DNA of 64,000 bases from a virus: IMG/VR virus record IMGVR_UViG_3300022752_000023, positions 32,001 through 96,000 of that record. One strand, written 5' to 3'. A program made the translations under genes and the position numbers. Of the stretch, positions 8,086 through 18,816 are shown in pieces (the stretch's first letter is position 1; each line of letters begins with the position of its first letter). The notes under the pieces are model-generated. The model was not told the DNA's origin and made no database searches. It saw nothing but the letters and a program-made list of their open reading frames with translations.

Positions 8086-9241
8086 CGCAAACGTTTAAAA
8101 GTGTCATCACGTTCGATTTAAAGGTGCCTGAAATGTTGTGTGCTATGCCGTGGTGGCTATTCACATATGGTGCAAAAGAAGGTTGAACGTGACTATCAAT
8201 AAGAACAGCGTGAAAATTGGGCGCGCGTTCGCTGTCAGAAAGCGCGCAACGTGCTTGAAGAAACAAATGCAGGCCGCGCATAACGTCGCCTATAAGCAAC
8301 ACTACACCGCCTTGTGTTGCACATAACTGACGAACTTGTTCGGCAAATACCAACAGATCTACATAAGTGGCCGCGCCAAAAGCAGCGCCAATCTCTGCGC
8401 CCGGACCGTCCGGGTAAATGTGCCCGGCCATTTCGCCCAACTCTACGTGCACTGTCGCCGGCACACCCAGCGTGTACGCCGAGTGCAGCAAACTGCGGTC
8501 TTTCTCGGCACGCGGCGAGTAAGCCCAGCGCCCGACAGCCTCGCCATAGCCGAGCCCCTGATTCGCGGCCAAGCGGGCCACGTAGTTCAGGTCGTGCGTC
8601 ATGCCACGTTCAGACACGAGAATGTCAGCTACTAATCCTGCGCCGGTTGTCGCGACAGCTGTGACGTATTTTTTTCGCAGCAATTCTATGGCGGTAATAC
8701 CGGCGCCGGCATGGATCGCCAGCGCCGATATAAACAACAAAACTGGTTGGTCGGCAACGCGTGCGTTGTGAATTAAACTTGCCACGTCAACGTGCGCGGG
8801 CGTAATCAAACTCGGCTTGTCAGCCAACACTGGCGGCATTGCGTCGCACGGCGGAGTCGCCGCCCGTAGAGTGTCGAATACAGGAAAAGAACTGTTTAGC
8901 CGAAGCGGAAGCTGAAGCGCGCCGGGATGTTCCACGGTTGTGCCGCGGAGCATTGGTCCGTTGCCCCACAGCAACCAGTCTGGACTGACGTGCGTATGGC
9001 TAAGAATTTGCGCCAGCAACTGCGCTGAAATGGCATACTGGCGTTTGAATACTTTACCAAGATGTGTCGAGTCTAGTTCGATAGCCCGCGCAAACGCCGG
9101 CACGTTGTTATCAAAAAGCGTAGCGCACACATACTCAAGGCGCTGCATCCACGGCTGGTCCAAGTGAGTAAGCTTGCGCCTGTTCTCGTCGCGCTTCTGC
9201 CGCTGCAATTCGCTGAGGTGACTGCTCTTTCTTCTCGGCAT
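8024..9241 (-). CDS. XRE/CI-type HTH fused to a deoxyhypusine-synthase-like domain
   Basis: N-terminus FARAIELDSTHLGKV...QILSHTHVSPDWLLWGNGPM is CI-like. C-terminus PVLLFI...VTAVATTGAGLVAD...GLGYGEAVG...SLLHSAYTLGVPATVHV...GGVVLLIG follows the DHS-like fold pattern. Confidence 0.6.
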   Translation of the reverse strand: MPRRKSSHLSELQRQKRDENRRKLTHLDQPWMQRLEYVCATLFDNNVPAFARAIELDSTHLGKVFKRQYAISAQLLAQILSHTHVSPDWLLWGNGPMLRGTTVEHPGALQLPLRLNSSFPVFDTLRAATPPCDAMPPVLADKPSLITPAHVDVASLIHNARVADQPVLLFISALAIHAGAGITAIELLRKKYVTAVATTGAGLVADILVSERGMTHDLNYVARLAANQGLGYGEAVGRWAYSPRAEKDRSLLHSAYTLGVPATVHVELGEMAGHIYPDGPGAEIGAAFGAATYVDLLVFAEQVRQLCATQGGVVLLIGDVMRGLHLFLQARCALSDSERAPNFHAVLIDSHVQPSFAPYVNSHHGIAHNISGTFKSNVMTLLNVCDGVFSGQITKTVESYSGVSG

Positions 9242-10232
9242 GATTTGCCTTTCGTTTTTGCTGTATGACTAGTCGTCGTCCGGTTTTCCGCAGAATACCG
9301 GTGCCGGCGAGCAGCCTTATGCCGTGAACAGCACGCAAAACAGCGGCCACCAGTTCATCATATCCGTCCAGCAATTGCATCGGGTAGCGATTGAACTCGC
9401 CAAACAGATAGAAAAACTCGGTCTCGGGTTGATCATGACAATCCGAAACCTTGACTGACTTGATGTACGTCACACGGCTACCGCGAACCCGAACGCACGG
9501 TAGTTTTGTTTTTGGGGCGTGCAGAAAAAACTGTCGCGCTTCTATCAGCCAGCCGTTGTCCTGCGGAACTATCGCCAGTCGCCACATCGACCCGAGTAGT
9601 TTGCGGTTCAGCTGCTTTGTGCACTTGTCGTAGGCAGTTCGTTCTTTTTGCAGCTCACCCCACAGCAATCGTTCGTACGTTTTTACGACATCGAGGCCGC
9701 AGCCGATACGTGGATCCCAGTCAGGTGCGGCCACAAATCGTGCAGCCACCCGGCACGTAGCAATAAGCTTTGTCGCCTTGTTGTGCCGGCCGATCGCTCG
9801 CAACTTTTTACGTACGTCTCGATACTGCGCGGAGCTTATTCGAGCGTAACAAAAAGGACACACATGCGACCGGTTGCACGGACGAAACACCGCGCTCTTT
9901 TTCCACCGAAAAAACATGTAGGTAGGGCGGCAGAACAGGCAACGCTGAAAAGACAGTCGAAAGTTTTTGAAGTCAAAATCAGCGGCGTCAGGGTCTGTTT
10001 CGCGGCCGACGGGAAACCACAGCGCACGAATTGCCAGTTCTTTGAGTTTAATTGTCCACCGCTGCCGAACCGTGTTTGTGCGCCCAACAACCGCGTCGTG
10101 TGTTTTGGCGCCGTTTAAACCCAGCACAAACTGCTGAGCAAACACGTGCGCCATTCGGACGCTGACACGGTGAACGCGCCAATTTTTTATCTGATAGCGG
10201 CGGACGAACCCCGCAAAGTCGATGAGCGCCAT
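9135..10232 (-). CDS. Basic Cys-containing protein, possibly a degenerate rolling-circle Rep-like protein
   Basis: CLFC and PCNRSHVCPFC resemble the zinc-binding N-terminal region of Rep_1/IS91-type proteins. No HUH motif is visible. Confidence 0.35.
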   Translation of the reverse strand: MALIDFAGFVRRYQIKNWRVHRVSVRMAHVFAQQFVLGLNGAKTHDAVVGRTNTVRQRWTIKLKELAIRALWFPVGRETDPDAADFDFKNFRLSFQRCLFCRPTYMFFRWKKSAVFRPCNRSHVCPFCYARISSAQYRDVRKKLRAIGRHNKATKLIATCRVAARFVAAPDWDPRIGCGLDVVKTYERLLWGELQKERTAYDKCTKQLNRKLLGSMWRLAIVPQDNGWLIEARQFFLHAPKTKLPCVRVRGSRVTYIKSVKVSDCHDQPETEFFYLFGEFNRYPMQLLDGYDELVAAVLRAVHGIRLLAGTGILRKTGRRLVIQQKRKANHAEKKEQSPQRIAAAEARREQAQAYSLGPAVDAAP

Positions 10233-13200
10233 TACACGTCACCTTTAATAGCGCGCAGCCGAAGAATTTCTTTGCACGCCTCCGTCATCGCCATGCCAAT
10301 AACTTTTGGCACGCAATCGTGGCGCGGTGCCTTAGTTTCGGCCGCGTATTTTGTGAGCGCGTCCATTAAATATGTATGCGCAAGCGTTGACGCGTCTTCG
10401 TCCGTGACGGCCTCTGCTGTTGTGGCCAGCGAACTCAAATAGTCCGCCGTTTCAATCGCAAGTTTTGCGCCGTCGGCACGCGGTTGTTTCGCGGCCCACA
10501 GGGTTAGCTGCTGCTCCAATTTGCGCAACGCCGCTACGTTACTCATAAGTTTCCCCACGAACAATCAGCTGGCAATTTTTGCGGCTGACTAAACGTTATG
10601 TTTGTGACTTCTTTTATGGCGTCAAACAAAACAGCGGGCCCGGTGAAACTACCTTTTGTCCCGTCTTCAAATTCAAGCGTCACTGTTTGAAACATATCGT
10701 CACGTTGCTTGGGCGTTTTAACCCAAGCGCCGGCTGACGTGACGAACTGTTCTTTTGATTTTGCCGGTTTTTTCTTAGGTCGTTTTGCCACAATTACCTT
10801 TTTTTCTTTGGGCATTCCTTGTAGCCGCACACAGCGCATTTGCCCCACTGACCGACACGATTCTGGTCGCAACCGCTGCACCAAAATGTGCCGCGCTTAG
10901 TCCGTTGCGCTTTTTGCCGGTTGTTCAGGGTCTTGTCGTTTCGCATGTTCCGGCTCTGCTGATTTCAATAAATCACGAAGTACGGTGCGCATCATCGGCG
11001 TTATTTCAACGTTTGTTGGTAAATCTGGAAACGCCGGCGGTGCGGATAAATAAGCTAACAAGTCCGATTCTTCGTCGGTCAGCGTGTTTTTTGTTTTTGG
11101 CGGCTCTGGTTCTTTAGGTGGCGCGCCGTGGTTGTCTACAAACTCACACGCTGATGTCGCCGTCACAGCATATTGATATTTAACCTCGTGCCGAACAAGT
11201 CGAGTTTCTAAATCCCACGGGCGCGGGATTGGTAAGCGGATCGGCGCGTAAGGCGTAGCCGCAGCATTAACAAAATCGTTTTCGGCTGCCGCGAGAAACC
11301 ACCACCGCAGTGCTTGCGCAGATTCGTAGCTGAATAAACCTAATTTTTCTAACTGCCCAGATCCGTCCCAGCAACCGGGAACAGGCACGCCCTTTTCACC
11401 ACGTGAAAATGATATCCGTGTCCATTTCTCGCCAATCATGTTGCCCAGAACAAACGTCGGCTTTGAAAGTGATCGCGCCTCTACTGAATAACCAATCGTC
11501 GTGCCAGACCCGTTACCGCGGTCTGTCTTGTATCCTTCTTCAAGTTGCATTGATTACCTTTCGCTCGTAAGTTTTTGCGAGGTTGCCGTACTCATTGCAT
11601 AAAAGAGTGTCGTCCGTGCGCGCGTCATGGGGAAACACCCACTCGCCGCACGGGCACTCTTCGCCGGACGGAGACGCATGATCTCGGCTGGCCGACTCCC
11701 ATTTTTCACTGCACGCGTCACAGTGAAATATCCGCCAACCAGCCGCGAGTGGTCGTTTCATTTTGTACGCTCCAGCAACGCCCGCAGCGTGGCGGCGTTC
11801 CTGTCCGACTCGTCGGCCACTCGCTCGTCGTTGTCTCGCCAGTGCTGGGCGTGTTCCTCCCACTCCTCGGCCGCAGACTGAATCAAAAGTCGCTCCGCGT
11901 CGGTGGGCCGCAGCCGTTCAATCTCGGCTTCTAGTTTTGCAATTGCGATTTTGTCTGAAACAATAGCGCGCCGCAACCAATCTTCATCGTCGATATGCGT
12001 GGGTTCTTCGCTGTTAATTACCGCCTGTAGTCGACGAACTTCGGCCGCGAGTAACGCTATCTCGCGATCATCCGGCCGAGATGCTTCAATTACGTCAGGG
12101 TCGATTCTCATTTCGTTCTCTCCAGTAGGCCGCGAAGTATCTTAGTTATTTCCCTGCAGCGCTCATTGCAACCGTCATCGTATGAATCAGCGGCTTCCTT
12201 AATCGTCGCCCGCTCTTCGTCGGTGAGCGTGGGCGGCAAATAACACGCCTGTACGTGATCCAAAAAGTGCTGCCACGCGTTATCTGTTCCGGGCGGCATT
12301 GTAGTGTTTTTGCACGGAACAGGTTCGTGTTGCGCAATATACGGACGCATGCCGTCAATAATCGCAATAGCCGCTTTAATTGTCGTGCTTATTGCGTAAC
12401 TATTTGCTTCAGGCGGCATGTTAACTGGCCGCGTAGTGTCCATAAAACCTTCGTGTGCCTGCCACAATAGATTGCGGGCGACTGAAATTAAATGCCGGGC
12501 GTCAGGGTGTAAGTGATTGTTTTCACTCATTTTGTTGTCACTATTTCGCCGCCCGAGTAATCGCCGCCGGTTACAACCGTCTTAGTGGCGAGCACTTGCA
12601 CCTTCGGCTTTGGCGGAATACGACCAAACCAGATACCGCAGCCGAACAGGCAGAGCCGCATTGCCGGCGCAGAAGATACGCCGATATGCAGTACATAACC
12701 CAGCCCCATCCATTCAAATCTGGCGCCCCAACGCCGCGTCGTATCAAAGTACGTTGTTGTAACAGTCCATGCAGTCGCGGTCATTGTTTATACCTTTTTG
12801 CGTTTTCGTGTTGGTTTGACGGCTATGTACATTTCATCAATTAGGTCGTGCACTATTGGGTCGCAGTCGACGTAGCGATACGGTACGCAGCGTGTGTTTT
12901 TCAGAAACTTGCGGACGAGCGCTTTCAGTCGGCGCAACTCTTCTTTTGCGCTGTTCATGTCACGCGTCTCCAACAATCTCTACAGCCACCTGTTTGCTGC
13001 GCTTTTGCCGCTCCAACCATTCGCGTTCTTTCTCAAGATGGCGCTTGGCCGCGTCAATAGAATCAAACGTCATGGGGCTTCCCGTAACCGAGCCGCTGTA
13101 ATGCTCGCACAGCCGTTTTAAATAACAAGTCCACCAGCCCCAGCGATATGCAATTTTCCACCACTCTTCGCCGTTGCCGTCCGTGAACTTGACAAAAAAG

Positions 13201-13579
13201 TATTTACGCGTGGGGCAATAATCAGTCCACAGGTACGACTTTTCACCCGTCACGACGTACATTGATTGTCTCCAAGTTTTTTCAGCAGGCCGCGAAGCGT
13301 AGCAGCATGAGACTCAAAAAAGGCTTTTCGCGCCACCGAAACAACCTCTAACGCCCAGTCTGATAGCGCGTCTTCTCCGGCAATAATAGCTTCACGCTCT
13401 TTGTCAGTAATTGGCGCGTCTATTTGAACAATCACTTTACCGCAACACGCCGACAACGTGGCGTCCTGCGCCGCAAGGCGGCGGACAGCTTCCGTGAGTC
13501 TGGCGATCTCGGCCCGCTGATCTTGAATAATCTGGTCGGCCTGCTCCCAAGACATAATCACAGTATTTGGGTCAAGCAT
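10232..13579 (-). CDS. Array of about 10 small overlapping hypothetical genes (10232-10546, 10543-~10815, 10897-11550, 11540-11761 Zn-ribbon, 11758-12111, 12108-12530, 12527-12784, 12788-12976, 12960-13262, 13250-13579)
   Basis: Head-to-tail ORFs with ATGA-type overlaps, typical of phage early/accessory regions. Four share a TD(E/A/K)E...LRxLL module. Confidence 0.65.
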
Positions 13580-13668
13580 TGTTCACCTATCGTAACCTCT
13601 GAAATAAAAATAGATAAACGCAATCGCGATCGCGGCGCCGCAGATCTCCGACACCCAGTTACACACAA

Positions 13669-13977
13669 TCATGATGCCTCCTTCACAAAGATACCCTCTG
13701 GCGTCAGCGTGCCTTTGCGGTCTTTGATCTGCTCATACGCCATTGCAAGGCAGTATTCGGGCGTGATGCCGTGTAGCTTGCAATACAGAATGAGCGTCAC
13801 AAGTACGTCGCCAACGCCGTCTACGATCGCTGTGGCGTCGCCCTTGAGTGTGGCGTCAGCCAGCTCTCCCAGCTCCGACATCGTCTTCATCAGCTGCGCG
13901 GTCGGATTGCTGTTGGGAATGATCTTCCTGTCCATCGCCCACTGAATCACCTTCTCTTCCAGTTCCTGAAACGTCAT
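13669..13977 (-). CDS. MazG-like nucleotide pyrophosphohydrolase
   Basis: QLMKTMSELGELADA...IVDGVGDVLVTL...AYEQIKDRKG is a phage MazG-like pattern. Confidence 0.88.
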   Translation of the reverse strand: MTFQELEEKVIQWAMDRKIIPNSNPTAQLMKTMSELGELADATLKGDATAIVDGVGDVLVTLILYCKLHGITPEYCLAMAYEQIKDRKGTLTPEGIFVKEAS

Positions 13978-14463
13978 TACAGCGTCCTTGTTGTTTGAGA
14001 TAATCCATCTGCGCTAACAATATCTGATCGTGAAGCGAGAGTAGTTCAAGTGAATACTCACGCAGTTTATGCTTCAGCCGCTCGTACTCGGGCCGAAGAA
14101 GATTAAGCAGGGCGAGGATGTTCCGCATTTCTTGCGGAGTTAACTCGCCCATCGCCAGCCGAATGGCCTGCTTATCGCCGGCCCAGATCTGGTCAAGATT
14201 CACTGCCGCCGGCTCCCTGCGACGAACGGCACGCGCCGTACACTGGCTTCAACTGTGTTTTGCAGCTCGCCGTGTTTGGCGACCACGTCGGAGAGTGCGG
14301 CGAGCCTTCTGGCTGCGGCCACGGCAGCGGAGGCCACGGCAGAATCGGCTGCCACGGCGATGTGACAGTACGTCCCAGTTTCGTTTCAAGGCTGTTCAGT
14401 CGCGCCTGTAGCGCTTCTAGCGCCGACCGCAGTATCTGCAGCTCTGCCCGCAGTTCTGCGACA

Positions 14464-14979
14464 TCAAGCGCCAGATCCGCCTTCTTGACCTTCGGGCGCG
14501 GCGATTTCTTGCGGCTGTGTTTCTTCTGTAATTTCTTCGCCATTAAGCTGCTCCTGCATCTTGGCAATTCGAGCACGCACTAACTCTATGGCTTGCTCGA
14601 CACTTTCAACTTCAATAAACGGGAGCTTGGCCTGTAGGTGCTCCCATTTAGTCGGACCTACGCCGGCTACATTAATCTCGCCGGGCTCTTGACTTCCAAA
14701 CTCTTCCAGCAGCGCAACAGCGGTGGCGGCTTCGCGCGACGGAAAAACCAAAATTCGGTTGTCAACGTCGGAGAAAAACTTCACACCGGTTCGATCGCAA
14801 ATCACATAGCGCACCGCAAATTCACCCGTGTCGATGTAGCTCATGGCTTTAACCGGCGCAGAATAACTTACGCGATTCTGCGGCGCATCCGGGCTGTGGC
14901 AAGTTTTAAACTTTTTACCGCTGCCGCAGGGACACCGGTCGTTACGTTTGATAATGCTATCTTTGCGAATCGTGCTCAC
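14464..14979 (-). CDS. SEC-C motif protein
   Basis: N-terminal RNDRCPCGSGKKFKTCH. Confidence 0.8.
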   Translation of the reverse strand: MSTIRKDSIIKRNDRCPCGSGKKFKTCHSPDAPQNRVSYSAPVKAMSYIDTGEFAVRYVICDRTGVKFFSDVDNRILVFPSREAATAVALLEEFGSQEPGEINVAGVGPTKWEHLQAKLPFIEVESVEQAIELVRARIAKMQEQLNGEEITEETQPQEIAAPEGQEGGSGA

Positions 14980-15265
14980 GAAAAACCTCCGTGTCGCCGT
15001 TGAGCTGAATTAAACGTCGGCCAGAAGAACTAGACTGGGCCATTGTCTCTTTTTCTCTGGACTGTGCAATACGCAACCAGTTCAACCGGAAATCTTCAAT
15101 CGTGACCCCTTCCCGCGGCAGCAGCAGGTCAATTGTCATGCGCGTCGGGCCGTAGCCGCCGGCCTGATGCATTGCAACGCCAATGACCTGCGCATTAAAC
15201 AACAGCGCAATGCCTTCCTGAAGCTGCTCTAGCGGGTCGGAGTTCGATTCAAACGGCGCCCTCAT
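14957..15265 (-). CDS. Hypothetical protein
   Basis: 102-aa ORF overlapping both neighbours. Confidence 0.6.
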   Translation of the reverse strand: MRAPFESNSDPLEQLQEGIALLFNAQVIGVAMHQAGGYGPTRMTIDLLLPREGVTIEDFRLNWLRIAQSREKETMAQSSSSGRRLIQLNGDTEVFREHDSQR

Positions 15266-15963
15266 GGTTCGACCGTCACCTGCGCCGTCGTCATTAGCAA
15301 GCCGGCACGCATAGTCGAAATACCGTGAATGGTAATACGGTCGCCCACAATGATTGTGTCGCGGTATTGGACGCTCAGCCGGTCAGGCGCGCTCGGATCC
15401 GGGTAGATCATTTTGGGCGCGCCCTCCGCAAGCACTGTCGGCCCGCTTGTGGTCAGCATCGGCTCCTCGCGCGGAATCGTCACTACGCCGGGCGTTGTCA
15501 TTGTCGAGACCTCGGTTGAAAAAGACGTGAAAGCATAACCGGCCGGGAGGGCCATACAACGTAGCGTTCGGAGGAAACGGGCTGTCAGGGTGGTCTGAAT
15601 TTTTAGCGGAAAACTGATGAACCGTGTGAAACGTGTTTTGGTTGTCAGACATGCTGCACTCGTGTGGCGCGGATTATGTTGTCATAATCAGTGGCGCGCC
15701 GTTTGTAGGGGGGTAAATTGGGTCAAAAATTGTGCGTAACCTATTGACGTCATTGAACTTATGACGACGCATTTAAGCGTTTTTTGTCCGAATTGTGTGG
15801 ACCTAGAGTAAGTCCTTCGGACTTACAAGGACACAAGGACATCATTTTTTTTGATCGTGTAGGCATCATTTTGGATGTCTACTGCATGATCGGGGGGTTG
15901 TTCAATTCACGTTGGGCAAACTGGGTAATTTGCCCTGACGTTTGGATAGCAAAAAAAAGAGAT

Positions 15964-15996
15964 AGCGTAGGGGCGGGTTTTTCCCGCCCCTACGCT
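15964..15996 (-). terminator. Rho-independent terminator
   Basis: 14-bp perfect stem AGCGTAGGGGCGGG/CCCGCCCCTACGCT followed on the minus strand by ATCTCTTTTTTTT, about 20 nt after the 16017 stop. Confidence 0.8.
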
Positions 15997-16016
15997 TAAA
16001 AAATCCACGCTGTTTG

Positions 16017-17138
16017 TCAGCGGGTGATGCTGGCCGTCCGGCGCTGAATTGGAATCGGCAGCGGAAAGCTTCCGTCGTGGTTGAGCGCCTTGATGCGTCG
16101 GCTGGTCGCTTCACGGTGCTGCGCCACGTTGTTCCACGTGCGGATGCACATGGCGAGCATGTTGATGCCCTCGATACGCGAACCGCCGGGGCGGCTCTTG
16201 TCGCGGATAATCTGCTCGCGCAACTGGTGCACGGGAGACTTTTCATCCAGATTGGCGCCAAGCGCTAACCCACGCACAAACGCGTTGGCGGCAGAGTTAG
16301 ACTGCATTTCCGAGATGATAGCGTGAGCGGTTGCAATAACAGCCAGCGACACCAGCGCCCGTGTCGGAGGAATACCGAGGCCGCTGCAGTATTCAACAGA
16401 TTCCTGTAGCTGCGGAGACAGCTGAAACAGCCTGAGCACGCGGTTATTTGGCAGGCGATCGCGCAGATTCTCCATGTAGAACGGATTATCCGGCGGCAGT
16501 TCCTGCGTCATGTTCATGTACTGCGCCTGCAGCCTGATGGCATGACTCCAGACGCTCTCGTTGACGTCCAGCAGGTCGACGGTCGCCAGCTGAGCGCCGA
16601 CGTACAGCGTATCGCGCGTTTTACGCGGATTGCCGCAGTCAAACGTATCGAACACGCTTGGATGGAGCCCAATGACCGGGATCATCAGCAGCGGTTTGAC
16701 TTTCTTTCCAGAAGACCGGCCAGCGGCAAACGCGGCGATCACGCTCTGCAGCGTGTGCTGCTTGTCCTGCATTGCCGTGTTCGAAAACGGCAGCGTCGAC
16801 GAGACGCCGTTAAACCGCCACTCGCCGTTCAGGATCGTCTGCGTCAGCGCACGAATATTCGGCTTGCTGGTCTTTCTGTTTGCCGTGTTATACGGCATCA
16901 GCGCTTCAGCGACGACATCGTCAACCGCGATTGGCACAAAGCTGTCCAGTCGCTGCGGCCTCCGCCGCGGATCTCCTTCCGGCAGCGGGTTGCCATCTGC
17001 ATCAACCGTCGGCCCGGGCAACGTCGCCGGCAGCGTGCGCCGCGCAGGATCAGGACACTCACGCTGCAGCATTTCCAGCGCCAGCAGGTTTTGATCGTCA
17101 AGATAAGGCCAAAAACGTGATTGTTCGTTCCTTGCCAT
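16017..17138 (-). CDS. ParB/Srx-like (DGQHR-type) domain protein, variant motif
   Basis: NTANRK...ILNGEWRFNG...LPF...MQDKQHTLQSV corresponds to the N..NR...G.W..NG..I.F...L.DGQHRL.A pattern of phage ParB-like proteins. Confidence 0.6.
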   Translation of the reverse strand: MARNEQSRFWPYLDDQNLLALEMLQRECPDPARRTLPATLPGPTVDADGNPLPEGDPRRRPQRLDSFVPIAVDDVVAEALMPYNTANRKTSKPNIRALTQTILNGEWRFNGVSSTLPFSNTAMQDKQHTLQSVIAAFAAGRSSGKKVKPLLMIPVIGLHPSVFDTFDCGNPRKTRDTLYVGAQLATVDLLDVNESVWSHAIRLQAQYMNMTQELPPDNPFYMENLRDRLPNNRVLRLFQLSPQLQESVEYCSGLGIPPTRALVSLAVIATAHAIISEMQSNSAANAFVRGLALGANLDEKSPVHQLREQIIRDKSRPGGSRIEGINMLAMCIRTWNNVAQHREATSRRIKALNHDGSFPLPIPIQRRTASITR

Positions 17139-17145
17139 TTTTATA

Positions 17146-17412
17146 TTACTCCTTGGGTGAAGAAACAGCCTTTGAAACCGGAATAAACGCAGAAGCAATT
17201 ACACGCAGCTGTTGCCCGTCGATTTCGACCGGCACAAGTTCGTCGTTTACAAGTTGACGCACGATCTTCGGGCCGCGTGTATTCCCGCACAAGATGCTTT
17301 TTCCTGTGCTACTGGGTTTGCGTTTATCTTCGGGGATCAGCGGAATGCGCAACACAATGACGTCATCTTCAAGTGTTGCCACAATTGCGCCGATCGGACT
17401 CTTGCTCGGCAT
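17146..17412 (-). CDS. Small conserved phage protein (PSxTGKS motif)
   Basis: IVLRIPL...PSSTGKSILCGNTRG. Confidence 0.6.
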   Translation of the reverse strand: MPSKSPIGAIVATLEDDVIVLRIPLIPEDKRKPSSTGKSILCGNTRGPKIVRQLVNDELVPVEIDGQQLRVIASAFIPVSKAVSSPKE

Positions 17413-17478
17413 TTTGCGTTCTTTGCCGCGCATTACGGTTGGTTTTAACGAAATTTTTTCCACAAAGCACAAAGGTGG

Positions 17479-17814
17479 TTAGGCAACTACTTCCGGTTCG
17501 TTGCTGGGTTCCGGTTCTGCCGGTGCTTCAACTTCCGGCAGCATGTCATACAGCCCCATCTCCATATCGAGGATCATGGGGTTGGGTACGTCCGAGCCGC
17601 CGTATATTAAGCAGCGAACGTGCGGCTCGGCTGGTTTGCCGGCAATATGCTCGTGCAGCATCGAGAACGTGATGATGTAAAACCGCTCTGCCGGCAATCG
17701 GTCGATAAGCTCCTGCGGCAGCGATCGGTTGTATTTCATTACGTCGCGCGACAGATAGTTAATACGGTCAAGAAACTCTTTGTCTAAGTACTTGTATTTT
17801 TTGACTTCAGCCAT
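17479..17814 (-). CDS. Hypothetical protein
   Basis: 111-aa ORF in the gene array. Confidence 0.65.
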   Translation of the reverse strand: MAEVKKYKYLDKEFLDRINYLSRDVMKYNRSLPQELIDRLPAERFYIITFSMLHEHIAGKPAEPHVRCLIYGGSDVPNPMILDMEMGLYDMLPEVEAPAEPEPSNEPEVVA

Positions 17815-17819
17815 TGCTG

Positions 17820-18077
17820 TTAGCGTTTGCGCTCCTGTTGCGCGTTGTGAAATTTGATGATGGCGTCTGCTGCCTGCTTGGATTCGGCGTCACTGTATCC
17901 TTCAAGCTTGACGCGTTCTTTGACGTAACGGTGTTCAAAAGACGAATGATCTGGCTCAAACGTAGCGTGCTGCGGAGCCGGCGCTTTTATCGACCCAACA
18001 ATTGACGCCATGATTCCAATAATCAGCGCCACGATAAGTACCGGCCAGCCAAATCCGCCGTTGTTGTTTTGATTCAT
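17820..18077 (-). CDS. Small membrane-anchored protein
   Basis: N-terminal hydrophobic helix WPVLIVALIIGIMASIV. Confidence 0.65.
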   Translation of the reverse strand: MNQNNNGGFGWPVLIVALIIGIMASIVGSIKAPAPQHATFEPDHSSFEHRYVKERVKLEGYSDAESKQAADAIIKFHNAQQERKR

Positions 18078-18362
18078 GTGTTTACCTTTCTGTGCGCTTT
18101 GTCTAACGCTTCAACTGCTTTTGTTAGTTCGGGCATCCGTTCATCGTCGTCAAACATACCGTCGCCTTTTGTGTTGGCTTCGTACACAGTTTCATCGCCG
18201 CAGTTTGGATAATCAGCGCGAAAGCGACCGTGCCGGAGTCGCAAATAGCCGGCTTGTTTGCCGTTGCCGTCTAGCACGTCGTACTGCTCGGGGCACGCCA
18301 TTGATGTTTGCTTAAGCGTGTAACCGCCGATGCGAAGATCAGGTTCGTCCCAGTTTGGGTCA

Positions 18363-18623
18363 TTATGCGTCACTTGGAGGCTCCATGTCGCTAGTGCTGA
18401 TGTTGGGAAATTGCTCGCGAAACTGCTTTTTGGTCCAGAAGATATCTTTATGCCCCTCGGCTGCTAGCTCCATGTCGGTTTCCATAGGGTAGTGGCGCAA
18501 AACGCGAAGCGCGCGCTGCCTGATTTCTCTGGGCACTTTCGGCGTTTTCTTTGGGTCCAGCAGGTCGTATAAGAATTCGCGCGCGTATTTAACAGCGCGG
18601 AATCTTTCGTCGGGCATAGTCAT
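18363..18623 (-). CDS. BPSL0761-like small phage protein
   Basis: MTMPDERFRAV...TPKVPREIRQRALRVLRHYP. Confidence 0.7.
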   Translation of the reverse strand: MTMPDERFRAVKYAREFLYDLLDPKKTPKVPREIRQRALRVLRHYPMETDMELAAEGHKDIFWTKKQFREQFPNISTSDMEPPSDA

Positions 18624-18816
18624 TTTTAATCTTTTTCCTCGTCTTCGTCGTTGCGGTAATAACCTTCGCTGGCGTCTACAAGTTCCATAACGCACGCCGA
18701 GTGTTCTACGATATTTTGTTCGTCAATCCAGTCGAGTGCTTGCGGTTGATGCGCAAACGGCCCGTGAATTGAATAACCCATTTCAGGGTTGCCAACAACT
18801 GCCACCCATCTAGGCA

